A stretch of DNA of 64,000 bases from Gemmatimonadota bacterium (GTDB lineage: Bacteria; Gemmatimonadota; Gemmatimonadetes; Gemmatimonadales; GWC2-71-9). Below, piece by piece: positions 27,671-38,411 of the stretch. The stretch spans positions 5,232 through 69,231 of the forward strand of contig JADJPD010000018.1 in NCBI GenBank assembly GCA_016713435.1, written 5' to 3'. Position numbers and translations under genes: made by a program. How positions within the stretch are numbered: the first letter of the stretch is position 1; each line of letters starts with the position of its first letter. The notes under the pieces are model-generated. The model made no database searches. It saw only the letters and a list, made by a program, of their open reading frames with translations, and was not told the origin of the DNA.

Positions 27671-27850
27671 GCGCGAGCCCGGACAGCGAGGTGAAGCGCC
27701 GCCACGGGGGCGGGCGGCGCCTGCACAATTTATCTCGGCCCGGGTGGCGGCGGGGGTAACGCCCGGTCCCCGTCGGCGCCACGGCGGTGCTGCGTGGCGC
27801 TGGCCCTCAGCGGCGGGCACTCGCCACGCATCGCTGTCGGCACCGCCTGC

Positions 27851-28317
27851 TCACGCCGCCGGCCGCTCCCGATCCACCCGCGCAATCCAGCACCCCGCCT
27901 CCCGGTGCCGTGCGAAGAGGTACCGCACCCGCGCATCAGCGAAGAGCGCCGCGATGTCCCCTCCACCGCCGCGCCGCCGGTCGCGGCCGTCGCCAGCACC
28001 ACCCCGCCATCGCCCCGGGCCTCGAGCAGGAGGGGGAGCGTCCGGAGGTCCTCGGGCACGCGCGCCGGGTCGGGCGCCTGGCAGGGCTCGCGGTGCACGA
28101 AGATGGGGCCGGGCGCCGTCACCGTGCCGCCTTCCTCGCGGGGGCGGTAGGTGAAGAGCACGCGCTCCTCCTGGCCCACGCGGAAGGTGCCGAGGCACTG
28201 GCGGCAGGGGCCGGTGCCGCGGGCCAGCTCCACCGTGGCGGGGTGGCCGTAGCCGGGAGCCTTCAAGGTCCGCCGCACTTCGTCGGCGGTGGCCGGGTCG
28301 ATGCCGGTGATCCACAT
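27851..28317 (-). CDS. DUF1203-like protein, apparent frameshift near 27960
   Basis: N-terminal GYGHPATVELARGTGPCRQCLGTFRVGQEERVLFTY. The C-terminal DIAALFADARVRYLFARHREAGCWIARVDR is in another frame. Confidence 0.5.
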
Positions 28318-28484
28318 GCGCGCGCTCCGCGATTGAGGTGACGCGAATCTGGGGCTGCGGGCCGGGCGGGGATATCCGGGGGTTGCGGTGGAATCCGCGC
28401 CCGGGTGGGCGGCCAGCCCCGGCCGTCCCCGGCACGCGGCCGGCGGCGCCTGACGCGTGCACGCCGATGGAGTAACTTGAGGCC

Positions 28485-29309
28485 ATGCCTGCCATCGTCG
28501 ACAACGACCATTACACGCCCCAACCCGACCGCTTCACCCTCCGGCTGGCCGGGCTCGTGGCGTTCCTCAAGGCCTCCGGCGGCCGCTACCCGAGCCGAGT
28601 CGGGGCGAAGGACGACGCGGAACGCGCGCTCGCCCTGTTCGTCATGAACTGTCGCGGCGCCGCCCGGGGCACCAGCGGCACCGCCCTCACCCCCGCCCGG
28701 CGCCGCCAGCTCGAGGCCCTCCCGGGGTGGACCTGGGCCACCCCGGGCACGGCGCTCCACCAGCAGCGGTACCGGGCCAACCTCGAGGCCTGCGTGGCGA
28801 CGGTGGAGGCGGCGGTCCGCCGCCTCAAGACGATCACCTTCCCCCGCGGCTATCGCCTCCCCGACGGCCGGAACCCCGTCACCGCGCTCCGCCGCGTCCG
28901 CATCGCCCGCGAGAACGGCACCTTGCCCGACGACCTCGCGCGCCGCCTGACACGGCTCCCGCGCTGGACCTGGCGCCGGCACCGCCCCGACCCGGTGCCC
29001 GGGCTCGACGGCTGGCTCGAGCTCCTCGACCGCTACATCGCGAAGCACGGCCACACGCTGGTGCCGGTTGACTACTGTGTCGGCACGCTCAAGCTCGGCC
29101 GCTGGGTCTCGCGGGTGCGGACCTTCCGCCGGAAGGGGCGGATGACGCCCGGGATGGCGGCCGCGCTCGAGGCCCGCGCGGAATGGCGGTGGAACCCGCA
29201 TGGCGAGGAGCCGCCGCGGGCCGCGCCGTCCCGGACGGCGGCGAAGGCGCCGGCGTCGCGGGGCAAGCGCCGCGCGCTCAAGCGCGGGCAGAAGCCGCGA
29301 TCCCGCTGA
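28485..29309 (+). CDS. helicase-associated (HA) domain repeat protein
   Basis: Repeated L...R..LEALPGWTW, RRLTRLPRWTWR and AALEARAEWRWN motifs, followed by a basic tail. Confidence 0.6.
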   Translation: MPAIVDNDHYTPQPDRFTLRLAGLVAFLKASGGRYPSRVGAKDDAERALALFVMNCRGAARGTSGTALTPARRRQLEALPGWTWATPGTALHQQRYRANLEACVATVEAAVRRLKTITFPRGYRLPDGRNPVTALRRVRIARENGTLPDDLARRLTRLPRWTWRRHRPDPVPGLDGWLELLDRYIAKHGHTLVPVDYCVGTLKLGRWVSRVRTFRRKGRMTPGMAAALEARAEWRWNPHGEEPPRAAPSRTAAKAPASRGKRRALKRGQKPRSR

Positions 29310-29424
29310 ATCGGGTACGGCAGATCGTGCAGGGTGCCGACCGGCTGGAGTGCTGCTGCCTGCTTCAGCGGAATTCCGGCCGAGCTGCGCTTCAGCGCGT
29401 GGCCCTTGCCGAGGCAACGCCGAC

Positions 29425-29955
29425 ATGACCGACCACGCTCCCCAGAACGTCATCCTCGGCCGCTGGACCGTCCCCCCCGGCCGCCTCCGCGCCTTCACCG
29501 CGCAGGTGCGCGCCCGCTCGGCGCAGTCGCCCTTCCCGCCGCGGGACCTCCTCGCCGCGTGCGACGCCCAGGCGGAGAAGGGCCTCGAGGTGGTCTTCCG
29601 CACGGACGAGCTGGTCGTTGGGTCCTGGTCGCTCTCGTTCACCTACAACCAGGTGACGGACTTCCGCCTCGAGGACACCTGGCTGCTGGTCGAGCTGGAA
29701 GGCGGCAGCCACGAGATCCCGGTGCCGGTGACGCCGGAGGGCCGGGCCGCCGCGGAGCAGGCGCTCGCCGCGTATGCCGCCATCGTGGCGGAGGAGAATC
29801 GCCGATACTTCGCGGCGCGGGCGGCGCCCACCTGGAGCAATCGCCTGCTCAACATCGCGGAGCGGCACTTCGCCTGGGTGGTGCTCGGGTTCTTCTTCGT
29901 GGGGGTTCCGCTGCTCGTCGCGCTGTTCGGGTTGCTGCGGGGCGGGTTCGAGTAG
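29425..29955 (+). CDS. hypothetical protein with C-terminal TM
   Basis: ATG at 29425. C-terminal FAWVVLGFFFVGVPLLVALFGLL. Confidence 0.5.
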   Translation: MTDHAPQNVILGRWTVPPGRLRAFTAQVRARSAQSPFPPRDLLAACDAQAEKGLEVVFRTDELVVGSWSLSFTYNQVTDFRLEDTWLLVELEGGSHEIPVPVTPEGRAAAEQALAAYAAIVAEENRRYFAARAAPTWSNRLLNIAERHFAWVVLGFFFVGVPLLVALFGLLRGGFE

Positions 29956-30091
29956 GGCGCGGGCCGGCTCGCGCGGTGCGTGCGTGGGCACCTAGATTCA
30001 GGCCGTGCCGCACCGACCCGTTGATCCCGAACGGATGGTCCGCCCCAGCCCGTCGGCTCCATCCCACCTGACCTTCATCCCTGCCTCGTCC

Positions 30092-30577
30092 ATGCGCTCC
30101 TTCGCCGTGCCGCTGTGCCTGAGTGTGCTGCTCGCCTGCAAGCCCGCCGATACGCCGAAGGCGGAGCCCGTGACGCCGCCCACGCCCGCCACGGTGGCCC
30201 GGGCGGACTTCAGCCGGATCGCCTATCTCGCGGGGCGGTGGCGCGGGGAGGATGCGGGCGGGAAGCCGTTCTTCGAGCGCTACGTGGCGCTCAACGACAC
30301 CACGCTCCAGAGCTACACCTTCAACGACTCGAGCTTCGCGGCGCCGTCGGACAGCGGCAAGATCCGCTGGGCCAACGGGCAGGTGCGGTCGGGAAGCGGA
30401 CAGCTGCGGTGGGTGGCAACGGTGTGGACGGCGGACAGCGTGCGGTTCGAGCCGGAGGGGGGCGCGACGAACAGCTTCACCTGGCTCCGCCGGTCGGCGG
30501 ATGCGTGGACGGCGCGGCTCGAGCCGAGCGGGGGGCCGGGGCCGGTGGTGTATGAGATGACGCGGCTGCCGGAGTAA
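30092..30577 (+). CDS. lipoprotein, unknown function
   Basis: ATG at 30092. Lipobox LSVLLAC. Confidence 0.55.
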   Translation: MRSFAVPLCLSVLLACKPADTPKAEPVTPPTPATVARADFSRIAYLAGRWRGEDAGGKPFFERYVALNDTTLQSYTFNDSSFAAPSDSGKIRWANGQVRSGSGQLRWVATVWTADSVRFEPEGGATNSFTWLRRSADAWTARLEPSGGPGPVVYEMTRLPE

Positions 30578-30679
30578 GGGGCACGATTCCGTGGCTTTCT
30601 CGTCCGTGTCCCGTCGTGCATTCCTGATTGCCGGACTGGCGGGGTCGCCCGGGGCGGCGGCCTGAAGCTCCGAGTCCCC

Positions 30680-31045
30680 ATGCCTGTCCCGGTCTCCCTC
30701 CTCGAGCGGCTCCACCGCACCTCGATCCATCATCGGTCGGTGGAGGCCGCAGCCACCTGCGGCTGCTTCTTTTGTGGGGCCACCTTCCATCCCGCCGAGA
30801 TCGCCGCGTGGGTGGACGAGGGCGATACGGCCCTCTGCCCGCGGTGCGGGATCGACAGCGTGCTGGCCGGCAACGTCGGGGCGGAGGTGCTCGCGGCCAT
30901 GCACGCGTACTGGTTCGGGCGATCGATCTACTTTCCGGAGGACGAGCGCTGGTGGCACAAGCTTCGGTGGCGGCTGATGCCGCTGGAGCGGCGGGTGGTG
31001 TGGTTCTGGCGTACGCACCTGGGCCCGTCACCCCCTGGCTCCTGA
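30680..31045 (+). CDS. hypothetical Cys-rich (zinc-ribbon-like) protein
   Basis: CGCFFC...CPRCGIDSV suggests four metal ligands. Confidence 0.5.
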   Translation: MPVPVSLLERLHRTSIHHRSVEAAATCGCFFCGATFHPAEIAAWVDEGDTALCPRCGIDSVLAGNVGAEVLAAMHAYWFGRSIYFPEDERWWHKLRWRLMPLERRVVWFWRTHLGPSPPGS

Positions 31046-31049
31046 CGCG

Positions 31050-31753
31050 TTGGTGATGACCGACCCCCTGCGAACGCTCGCGGACGACGGCTACGCCCTC
31101 ATCCCCACCGCCCTCGGGGCGGCCGAGGTCGCGGCGCTCCTTGCCGCCACCGGGAGCCTGCCCGCGCCGGCTCCGGACGATACCCGCGGCGGCCACCGCG
31201 ACCTCTTCTCGCTCCTCCCGGCCGTGCGCGCCCTGGCCGGCCGCACCGAGCCCCGCCGCTGGCCGGCAGCTGTCCTGGGCCCGGACTGTTTCGCCGTGCG
31301 CGCCATCCTGTTCGACAAGACCCCCGGCGCCAACTGGAAGGTGGCCTGGCACCAGGACCTGACGATCCCCACGCGGGCGCGCGTGGAGCTGCGGGGATCC
31401 CGCACGTGCAGCCGCCGGCGGCGGTGCTGGAGCGCATGCTCACGGTGAGGGTGCACCTCGATCCGTGCGGGCGGGAGAATGGCCCCGTACGGGTGCTGCC
31501 GGGGAGCCACCGGGAGGGGAAGCTCTCGCCGGCCGCCATCGAGGCGTGGAAGGCCAGGGCCGCGCCCGTGGACACGCCCTGCCCCGCGGGCGGGCTGCTG
31601 CTCATGCGGCCGCTCGTGCTGCACGCCTCCTCCCCGGCGGCGCACCCGGCGCATCGCCGTGTCATTCACCTGGAGTATGCCGCCGACCTGCTGCCTGGGG
31701 GGCTCGAGTGGCGTGAGGCGTGGGGCGGCCCTCGCGGACAGGAGGTGACATGA
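31050..31753 (+). CDS. phytanoyl-CoA dioxygenase (PhyH) family protein, apparent frameshift near 31390-31410
   Basis: WKVAWHQDLTIP is in ORF 31050..31448. LTVRVHLDPCGRENGPVRVLPGSH and LVLHAS are in ORF 31406..31753. Confidence 0.6.
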
Positions 31754-31769
31754 CGACAGGCCCTGCGTC

Positions 31770-32062
31770 ATGAGGCCGCTCCGGAGTTGGTCCTTCCGTC
31801 GCGTCCTCCTCGTCGCCGTGGGCTGGGCGGTCGGGTTGCCCGTCGCGCTGGCCGCCGTCGGGCTGCTGCGCGCGAATGCGCAGATGCGGCCCTCCGCGAC
31901 TCCGGCGCCCTGGACCATGGCACCGCGATCCTGGTCACCACCGGGCCTGACGCGGGGATGGACTGGGTAGGGGCCGTGCCCCTTCCCGTGGCGATCGTCG
32001 GCCCGCCACTCCTGCTCCTGCTGGGCTGGGCATGGAGCCGACGGCCCGCCCGCGGCGAGTGA
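31770..32062 (+). CDS. possible small two-TM membrane protein with frameshift
   Basis: VLLVAVGWAVGLPVALAAVGLL in one frame and AVPLPVAIVGPPLLLLLGWAW in another. Weak call. Confidence 0.25.
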
Positions 32063-32193
32063 CTGGCGGGATCGTCAGGCGACGCTAGATTCTCGCACTG
32101 CGGCCGGCTCGGCACCGGCCGATCAGGCCCGCATCAACCGTCGCACTCCTCCTCCATCCCGCGGTCGTCCCGGCGGCCCTTCCTGGAAGCCCA

Positions 32194-32598
32194 ATGTTCC
32201 GCAAGCTCCGCGTCCTGCTCCTCGCGGCGGTGGCAGCCGCAGCCCTCCCGGCGCCTGCGACCGCGCAGGCCACCGCAGCCGACAGCCTGCTGAGGCGGAT
32301 CGAGCGCCTTGAACGCAAGGCCGCTGAGCTCGAAGAGCGACTCCCGGCAACTCGAAGGTCCGGCCGGGACTGAATTGGCGGGGATCGACCTCCCGCCAGC
32401 GCGGGCAATTGGCGGGATATCACCAACTGGCGCCGACTGAAGCGCCGGATGGGTACGGAAGAGGTCCGAGCCATCCTCGGCGAACCCACCCGCGTGGCTG
32501 CGGGCCTGAGAACATTCTGGTACTGGGAGCAGGGGAGCAAGAGCGGCCATGCGTACTTCATGGACGACAAGCTTGAGGGCTGGTCGGAGCCACATTGA
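32194..32598 (+). pseudogene. signal peptide/coiled-coil plus SmpA/OmlA(BamE)-like domain protein, interrupted by an in-frame TGA (32371-32373)
   Basis: MFRKLRVLLLAAVAAAALPAPATAQA...RIERLERKAAELEERL, then TGA, then in the same frame NWRRLKRRMGTEEVRAILGEPTRV...FWYWEQG...GHAYFMDDKLEGWSEP. Confidence 0.5.
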
Positions 32599-32822
32599 GT
32601 AGGCATCGAGGAGAGCGCAGGTAGCTCCGGCGAGGCTCCACCAGCCGACGCGGGGCTCGCAACCCTACGCCGTGGTGTTCTGGAGGGCCGCCCTCACCCC
32701 GTCAAGCCGAGTCCACCACTGGAGCCGCCCTTCTTGCGCTCCGTCGTCACCGCCCTATCCCGGCACGAGCGCCGTGCCGCCCATGGCGCGATCCTGACGG
32801 GGGCGTAACTTCTTCGGTGTAG

Positions 32823-33596
32823 GTGCCTTTCCCGGCCATCGCCGCACCCGCCGCCCGCCCCGGAGGGAGTGTCATGTCCGCACCGTCGCACAGCCGCGCC
32901 CACGATCGCCTGTTCTTTGGCGGCATGGCCGTCGCGCTCGCCGTCGTCGTATTCATTGGCTTCGGGCCCACCTACTACTGGGCCTCCTTCGGAGCAGGAC
33001 GCACCCACACCACGCTCGGCGCCGCATACACCGGGCTCTTCCGGCTGCACGGCGCCGTGTTCACGGCGTGGGTGGCCTGCTTCCTGGCGCAGGTCTTCCT
33101 GGTGGCGGGCGGCCGCGTCGCCCTGCATCGCCGGCTCGGCTACGCGGTGGCGGTGCTGGCGGTGGCCATGGTGGTGTTCGGGATGCTGGTGTCCGTCGAG
33201 ACGGCACGGCAGGGGATCGCGCCCGCCGGGTCTGATCCGGTGTCGTTCATGATCGTGCCCATGGTGGACATGCTCATGTTCGGCGGGTTCGTGGCCGCGG
33301 CCGTGATCTGGCGCCGGGATGCACCGCTGCACAAGCGCCTGATGCTCGCGGCCTACGCCTGCCTGCTCGTCGCGGCGCTGATCCGCATCCCGGCGGTCGT
33401 GGCCCTGGGACCCGCCGCACCCGTCCTGGGGTCGTTCGTCCCGCTGCTCGTGGGCATGGCCTACGATCGCCGGGTCCATGGCCGGGTGCACCGCGCTTAC
33501 AAGTGGGGCCTCGCAATCCTCGTCGGCGCGGGGCTGCGCGTGCCGATCGGGCAATCCGCCGCATGGCACGCGCTCGCCGCGGGGCTGATGGAATAG
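32823..33596 (+). CDS. polytopic membrane protein, unknown function
   Basis: Six hydrophobic segments. The start may be the internal ATG at 32874. Confidence 0.55.
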   Translation: MPFPAIAAPAARPGGSVMSAPSHSRAHDRLFFGGMAVALAVVVFIGFGPTYYWASFGAGRTHTTLGAAYTGLFRLHGAVFTAWVACFLAQVFLVAGGRVALHRRLGYAVAVLAVAMVVFGMLVSVETARQGIAPAGSDPVSFMIVPMVDMLMFGGFVAAAVIWRRDAPLHKRLMLAAYACLLVAALIRIPAVVALGPAAPVLGSFVPLLVGMAYDRRVHGRVHRAYKWGLAILVGAGLRVPIGQSAAWHALAAGLME

Positions 33597-33736
33597 GCCA
33601 GCCCGCCACCCACCCGGGCACCGCGCCCGCTCGCGACGGCCCCGGCCCATTGCCTACCTCGCCCGCATCCTCCCCAGGCTGCCGCAGGCGGGTGCAGGAC
33701 GCGCAGGTCGTCCCCGCCGTGGGCGCCCAGCCGCCC

Positions 33737-36348
33737 CTACTCCTCCACCCGCAGCACACTCGCCGGCTGCACCCCTGCCGCCGCACGCGCCGGCAGCCAC
33801 GTGGCCACCGCCACCACGCCGGCCAGCAGCGCCGACGCCGCCAGGAACGGCACCACATCCACCACCGGGATGTCCGCAATCAGGCTCCGCAGCACCTGCG
33901 ACACCCCCACCGCGAGCAGCACCCCGACCGAGAGCCCGATCGCCGCCGCCGGGAGCCCGAGCCGCATCATGCGCCACACCACCTGCTCCGCCCGCGCCCC
34001 GAGCGCCAGCCGCACGGCGATCTCCTGCCGCCGCTGGCTCACCCCGTAGGCCACGACGCCGTAGACGCCGACGAGCGCCAGCAGCAGCGCCAGCCCGCCC
34101 AGCACCGAGGCCACCCCGCTCGACACCCGCACCGGCAGCCGCGCCAGCTCCATGCGCTCGGTGAGTGTCTCCGCCTTGACCACGATGGACGCGTCGAGCA
34201 GGTGCACCACCCGCTCCACCTCCCGGGTGATCGCCGCCACGTCCCCCGCATCCGCAGCACGAACACGAGCCCCCGCGGGTCCGCCGGCGACGCCGGCAGG
34301 TACCCGAAGTACCCCGGCCGCTCCTGCAGCGACACGTGGTACACGTCGGCCGCGATGCCCACCACGCGGTACTGGACCTTGTTGGCCTCGAAGCGCCGCC
34401 CGAGCGGCTCCTGCCCTGGCCAGAGCGCCCCGGCCATGCGCCGGCTCAGCACGGCCGGCTGCTCGCCCTGCCCCGTCACCTCGGCGTCCGTGAACAGCCG
34501 CCCGCTCACGAGCGGGATCTTCATGAGCGGCAGGTAGGCGCCGCTGATCACGTTCCAGTCGGCCTGGAGGGAGCGCTCCTCGCCGTCGAGCGGCCGGGCC
34601 GGCTCGCCATGGCGCGAGAGGAGCGGCAGCATCTCGGCGCGCGCCACGCCCTCGACGCCCGGCGTGGCCGTGAGGCGGCCCTCGAGGTCGGCATAGAGCG
34701 CGCGCGATCGCTCGGCCTCGTAGCCGAGCTGGGGGAGGTTGAGGGAGAGGGAGACGACGCCCGTCGGGTCGTAGCCCGGGTCGAGTGTGGCCTGACGGAG
34801 CGCGCTCCGGAGCAGCACCGCCGAGCAGATCACGAGGCAGGTGCTCCCGGCCACCTGGATGCCGACCACCGCGGAGCGCAGCCGGCCGGGCCGGTGCCGC
34901 TCCTGCGAGATCGCCGAGGCGCCCTTGAGGGCGGAGGCCACCGGGATCCGCGTGGCGTGCAGCGCCGGCAGGAGCCCGAACGCCAGCGCCGCGAGCGTCG
35001 AGAGCAGGAGCGCGACCCCGAAGATGGCGGGATCGAGCGAGAGGTCGAGCTGCACGGTCGAGGCATCCACCAGGCGCAGCAGCACCGGCGGCAGCCCCGC
35101 CGCGAGGCCGAGCCCGATGGCGCCACCCGCCACCGCCAGCAGGAGGCTCTCGGTGATCAGCTGCGCCACCAGCCGCCGGCGGGAGCCGCCGAGCGCCAGC
35201 CGGATGGCGATCTCCCGCTGCCGCGCGATGCCGCGCGCGAGGAGGAGGTTCATGAGGTTGGCGCAGATCACCACCAGCACGAGGAGGGCGAGCCCGCCGA
35301 TGGCGCCGCCCACGATGCCGCCCTCGCGCTGGATCTCGGGGGCGTTGAAGAGGGCGCCGCGCTGGAGGATCACCTTGGTGACGCGCCCGGGATGCGTCTC
35401 GTCGAGCCGGCGCCCCACCGCGTCCACCTCACGCTGCGCCTGCGCCACCGTGGCCCCCGGCGCGAGCCGCCCGATGACGTAGAGCCAGCTCGTCTCCGAC
35501 TCGAGCAGCGAGTCCCGCTGCCGGTCCACGAGCGGCTGCACCGGGAGCGGCATCCACACGTCCGCCGTCCGGAGTCCCACCCCCGCGAACCCCGGCTCGG
35601 CCACGCCGACCACCGTGAGGTGTGCGTGGTTGAGCTCGATGGTGGTGCCGAGCACGCCCGAGTCCCCGGCGAATGCCTCACGCCAGAGCCGGTGACTCAG
35701 CACCGCAACGGGCGCCCCGCCGCCGGCCGCGCACTCGTCGGCGCCGAAGCCCCGGCCGAGGCGCACCGCCGTGCCGAGCACCTGGAAGAAATTGCAGGTG
35801 ACGAGCTGGCCCTGCGCGGTGCCGTCCCGCGCCCGCTCGAAGGCCAGGCCCAGCTCGCCGTACGCGGCGAGGCCGCTGAAGGAGCGGGCCGTCGCCTGGT
35901 ATTCGCGATACTCGGGGAGCGCCAGCAGCGACGTCATCCCGTCCACCCGCCGGCCGTAGTCGCCCGAGAACTCCTGGTAGATGTTGTAGAGGCGGTTGGG
36001 CTCCGTCACCGGCAGCGGCCGGGCGATGAGCGCGTAGAAGAGCGTGAAGACGGCGGTGTTGACGCCGACGCCGAGGCCGATGGTGAGGAGCGCGGTGAGC
36101 GTGAAGCCCGGGCGCGCCTTCAGGCTCCGGAGCCCGAATGCCAGGTCCTGGCGCACCTGCTCGAGCCAGCGCCAGTGCTGGGCCTCATGGAAACGCTCCC
36201 GGGCGCGGGTGACGTTCCCGAAGGCGCGAGTGGCGCGTGCCCGCGCCTCCTCCCGCGACAGCCCCTGCTCGGCCGCGAGCCGGTCGGCCTCGAGCTCGAG
36301 GTGGGCTTCGATCTCGTCACGGAAATCGTCGTCGCTGCGGGCGCTCAT
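33737..36348 (-). CDS. ADOP-family duplicated FtsX/MacB-type permease, apparent frameshift near 34245
   Basis: N-terminal DDFRDEIEAHLELEADRL...FGNVTRARERFHEAQHWRWLEQVRQDLAFGLRSL is typical of ADOP. There are two FtsX modules. The final 167 aa are in ORF 33737..34240. Confidence 0.8.
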
Positions 36349-36698
36349 GGCGTGGCCAGGTCCGGGCCCAGCACGCGGCCCACGGCGAGGACGAGGCGCT
36401 GCCAGCGATCCACCTCTATGCGGAGCTGCTTCCGGCCGGCGGCGGTGAGCGCGTAGTAGCGCGCGCGCCGGTTGTTGGGGGACACGCCCCACTCGGCCGA
36501 GAGCCAGCGGCGCTTCTCGAGGCGCTGGAGCGCCGGATAGAGGGAGCCGTGGTCCACCAGCAGCGCATCCCCGCTGTCCCGCTGGATGGCCAGGGCGATG
36601 TCGTGCCCGTGGGCGGGGCCGCGGGCGAGGGTGCGGAGGATGAGGAGGTCGAGGGTGCCCTGCAGCAGGGCCTCGCGGTCGCCGTCTTGGGTAGACAT
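36345..36698 (-). CDS. PadR-family transcriptional regulator
   Basis: LLQGTLDLLILRTLARGPAHGHDIA...GSLYPALQRLEKRRWL...RRARYYALTAAGRKQL. The stop overlaps the permease ATG (ATGA). Confidence 0.9.
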   Translation of the reverse strand: MSTQDGDREALLQGTLDLLILRTLARGPAHGHDIALAIQRDSGDALLVDHGSLYPALQRLEKRRWLSAEWGVSPNNRRARYYALTAAGRKQLRIEVDRWQRLVLAVGRVLGPDLATP

Positions 36699-36732
36699 TC
36701 TACTAGAGTGGGGTTCTTCTGGTAGAATGTCA
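36695..36732. promoter_or_regulatory. 13-bp inverted repeat over the padR start (candidate PadR operator)
   Basis: GACATTCTACTAG-N12-CTGGTAGAATGTC, 12 of 13 complementary. Coordinates are within 1-2 nt. Confidence 0.4.
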
Positions 36733-36892
36733 ACCTGAGGGTGGATTTCGGGCACCGGGGGGCGGTCGCTCGCGCTGGCAAGACCGGGGTGCCAGATTCG
36801 GAGGGGAGCCCGTCGTCAGGCGGTGGCGCCGGCCGCCCCGCACCGCTTCCCCGGCCGAACAACCGTTCCGTCCTTAGCGTGAGCCGCTGTCC

Positions 36893-37648
36893 ATGTCCCG
36901 ACTGCACGCCACCTACATCGGCGGCCCCACCGCCCTGCTCGAGCTGGATGGCCTGCGCCTCCTCACCGATCCCACCTTCGACCCGGGCGGCACCGACTAC
37001 CCGACGCCCGCCTACACCCTCCACAAGACCCAGGCGCCGGCCATCGGGGCGGCGGAGATCGGCGCGGTGGATGCGGTGCTGCTGAGCCACGACCATCACT
37101 TCGACAACCTCGACACCGCCGGGCGTGCGCTGCTCGCGACGGCCGGGGCCGTGTACACGACGGTGGCGGGCGCCGCGCGCCTCGGCGCCGGCGCCACCGG
37201 CCTAGCGCCGTGGGACGAGGTCCGCCTGGGCCCCACGCTCCGCCTCACCGCCACCCCGGGCCGCCATGGACCTGACGGTGGCGACCGCGGCCCCGTGATC
37301 GGCTTCCTGCTCACCGTCGCCGACGGCCCCACCATCTACGTTTCCGGCGACACCGTCTGGTTCGAGGGCGTGCGCGAGGTCGGGGCGCGGGCGCGGGTGG
37401 ACGTGGCCTTCCTCAACCTCGGCGCCGCAAAGGTGGCCGTGGCGGGGCCGTCGCCGCTGACGCTCACGGCGGCGGATGCGGTGCTGCTGGCGCAGGCGTG
37501 GCCGGGGACGCGGATCGTGCCGCTCCACTTCGAGGGGTGGGGGCACTTCTCAGAGGGGGCCGAGGAGGTGCGCGCGGCGTTCGCCGCGGCGGGACTGGCG
37601 GACCGGCTCACCTGGCTAGCGGCGGGCGAACGGACGCTGATGGCCTGA
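36893..37648 (+). CDS. MBL-fold metallo-hydrolase
   Basis: LTDPTFDP...VDAVLLSHDHHFDNLD (HxHxD-type motif). Confidence 0.8.
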   Translation: MSRLHATYIGGPTALLELDGLRLLTDPTFDPGGTDYPTPAYTLHKTQAPAIGAAEIGAVDAVLLSHDHHFDNLDTAGRALLATAGAVYTTVAGAARLGAGATGLAPWDEVRLGPTLRLTATPGRHGPDGGDRGPVIGFLLTVADGPTIYVSGDTVWFEGVREVGARARVDVAFLNLGAAKVAVAGPSPLTLTAADAVLLAQAWPGTRIVPLHFEGWGHFSEGAEEVRAAFAAAGLADRLTWLAAGERTLMA

Positions 37649-37677
37649 CGCGCAGGAGGACGTCGCCGTGCGTGACC

Positions 37678-38172
37678 TCAGCGCGCCTCGAAGAACTGCA
37701 CGTACGCCCCCGCCGGATCCCGGGCCAGGATGTTCCGCGTCCAGAGCGTGTCCGTCGCCGCCACGTGAGGCGGCCGGGTGAGCCAGGTGCCCTCGATGGT
37801 GGCCTGCTGCGCCCGGAGCTGCGCCAGCACCCGGTCCAGGTCCCGCACGTAGAACCCGATCTTGGCCGGCCCGTAGACCTGGTCCGGCGCGGTGGGCGCA
37901 CCGGCGACGGCGGCGAGGGACCGGGCCGTCCGGTGCCAGACCAGCTCCACCCGCACCCCGCGCCCCGCCAGCAGCACCACCTGCGTGGACGAGTCGGGCG
38001 CCGCGCCCTCGAAGACCCGCGTGAGGCCGAAGAGCGTGCCGTACCAGCGCTCGCTCGCCGCGAGGTCCGGCACCGAGAGGGCGACGAAGCTCGGGCCCAC
38101 CACCTCCACCTGCGCCCGGACGGCGACGGGGGCGAGGGCGAGCAGGAGGGTGGGCAGCAGGCGCGTGCGCAT
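37678..38172 (-). CDS. secreted VOC/glyoxalase-family protein
   Basis: ATG at 38172 with signal LLPTLLLALAPVAVRAQ. Motif FVALSVPDLAASERWYGTLFG. Confidence 0.65.
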   Translation of the reverse strand: MRTRLLPTLLLALAPVAVRAQVEVVGPSFVALSVPDLAASERWYGTLFGLTRVFEGAAPDSSTQVVLLAGRGVRVELVWHRTARSLAAVAGAPTAPDQVYGPAKIGFYVRDLDRVLAQLRAQQATIEGTWLTRPPHVAATDTLWTRNILARDPAGAYVQFFEAR

Positions 38173-38411
38173 GTATCCTCGGCGGATCGGGGTGGAGGCC
38201 TGACGCCTGTCATCCCCGGTGGTTTCAGTCCCGGGGGGAAACATGCCGGCCCACGAGCGCTACCTTCTCCGCATGCCCCGCCCCGCTTCTCCCGAAGACC
38301 GTGAGCGCTGGGGGCTGTGGCTGGCGCGCGCCTTCGAACGGCGGGAATCCTCCGGGCATTGTGGCGCCGAGCGCCCACCTCAATGAGCGATCGCCCCGGC
38401 CGGGCGCCGCC

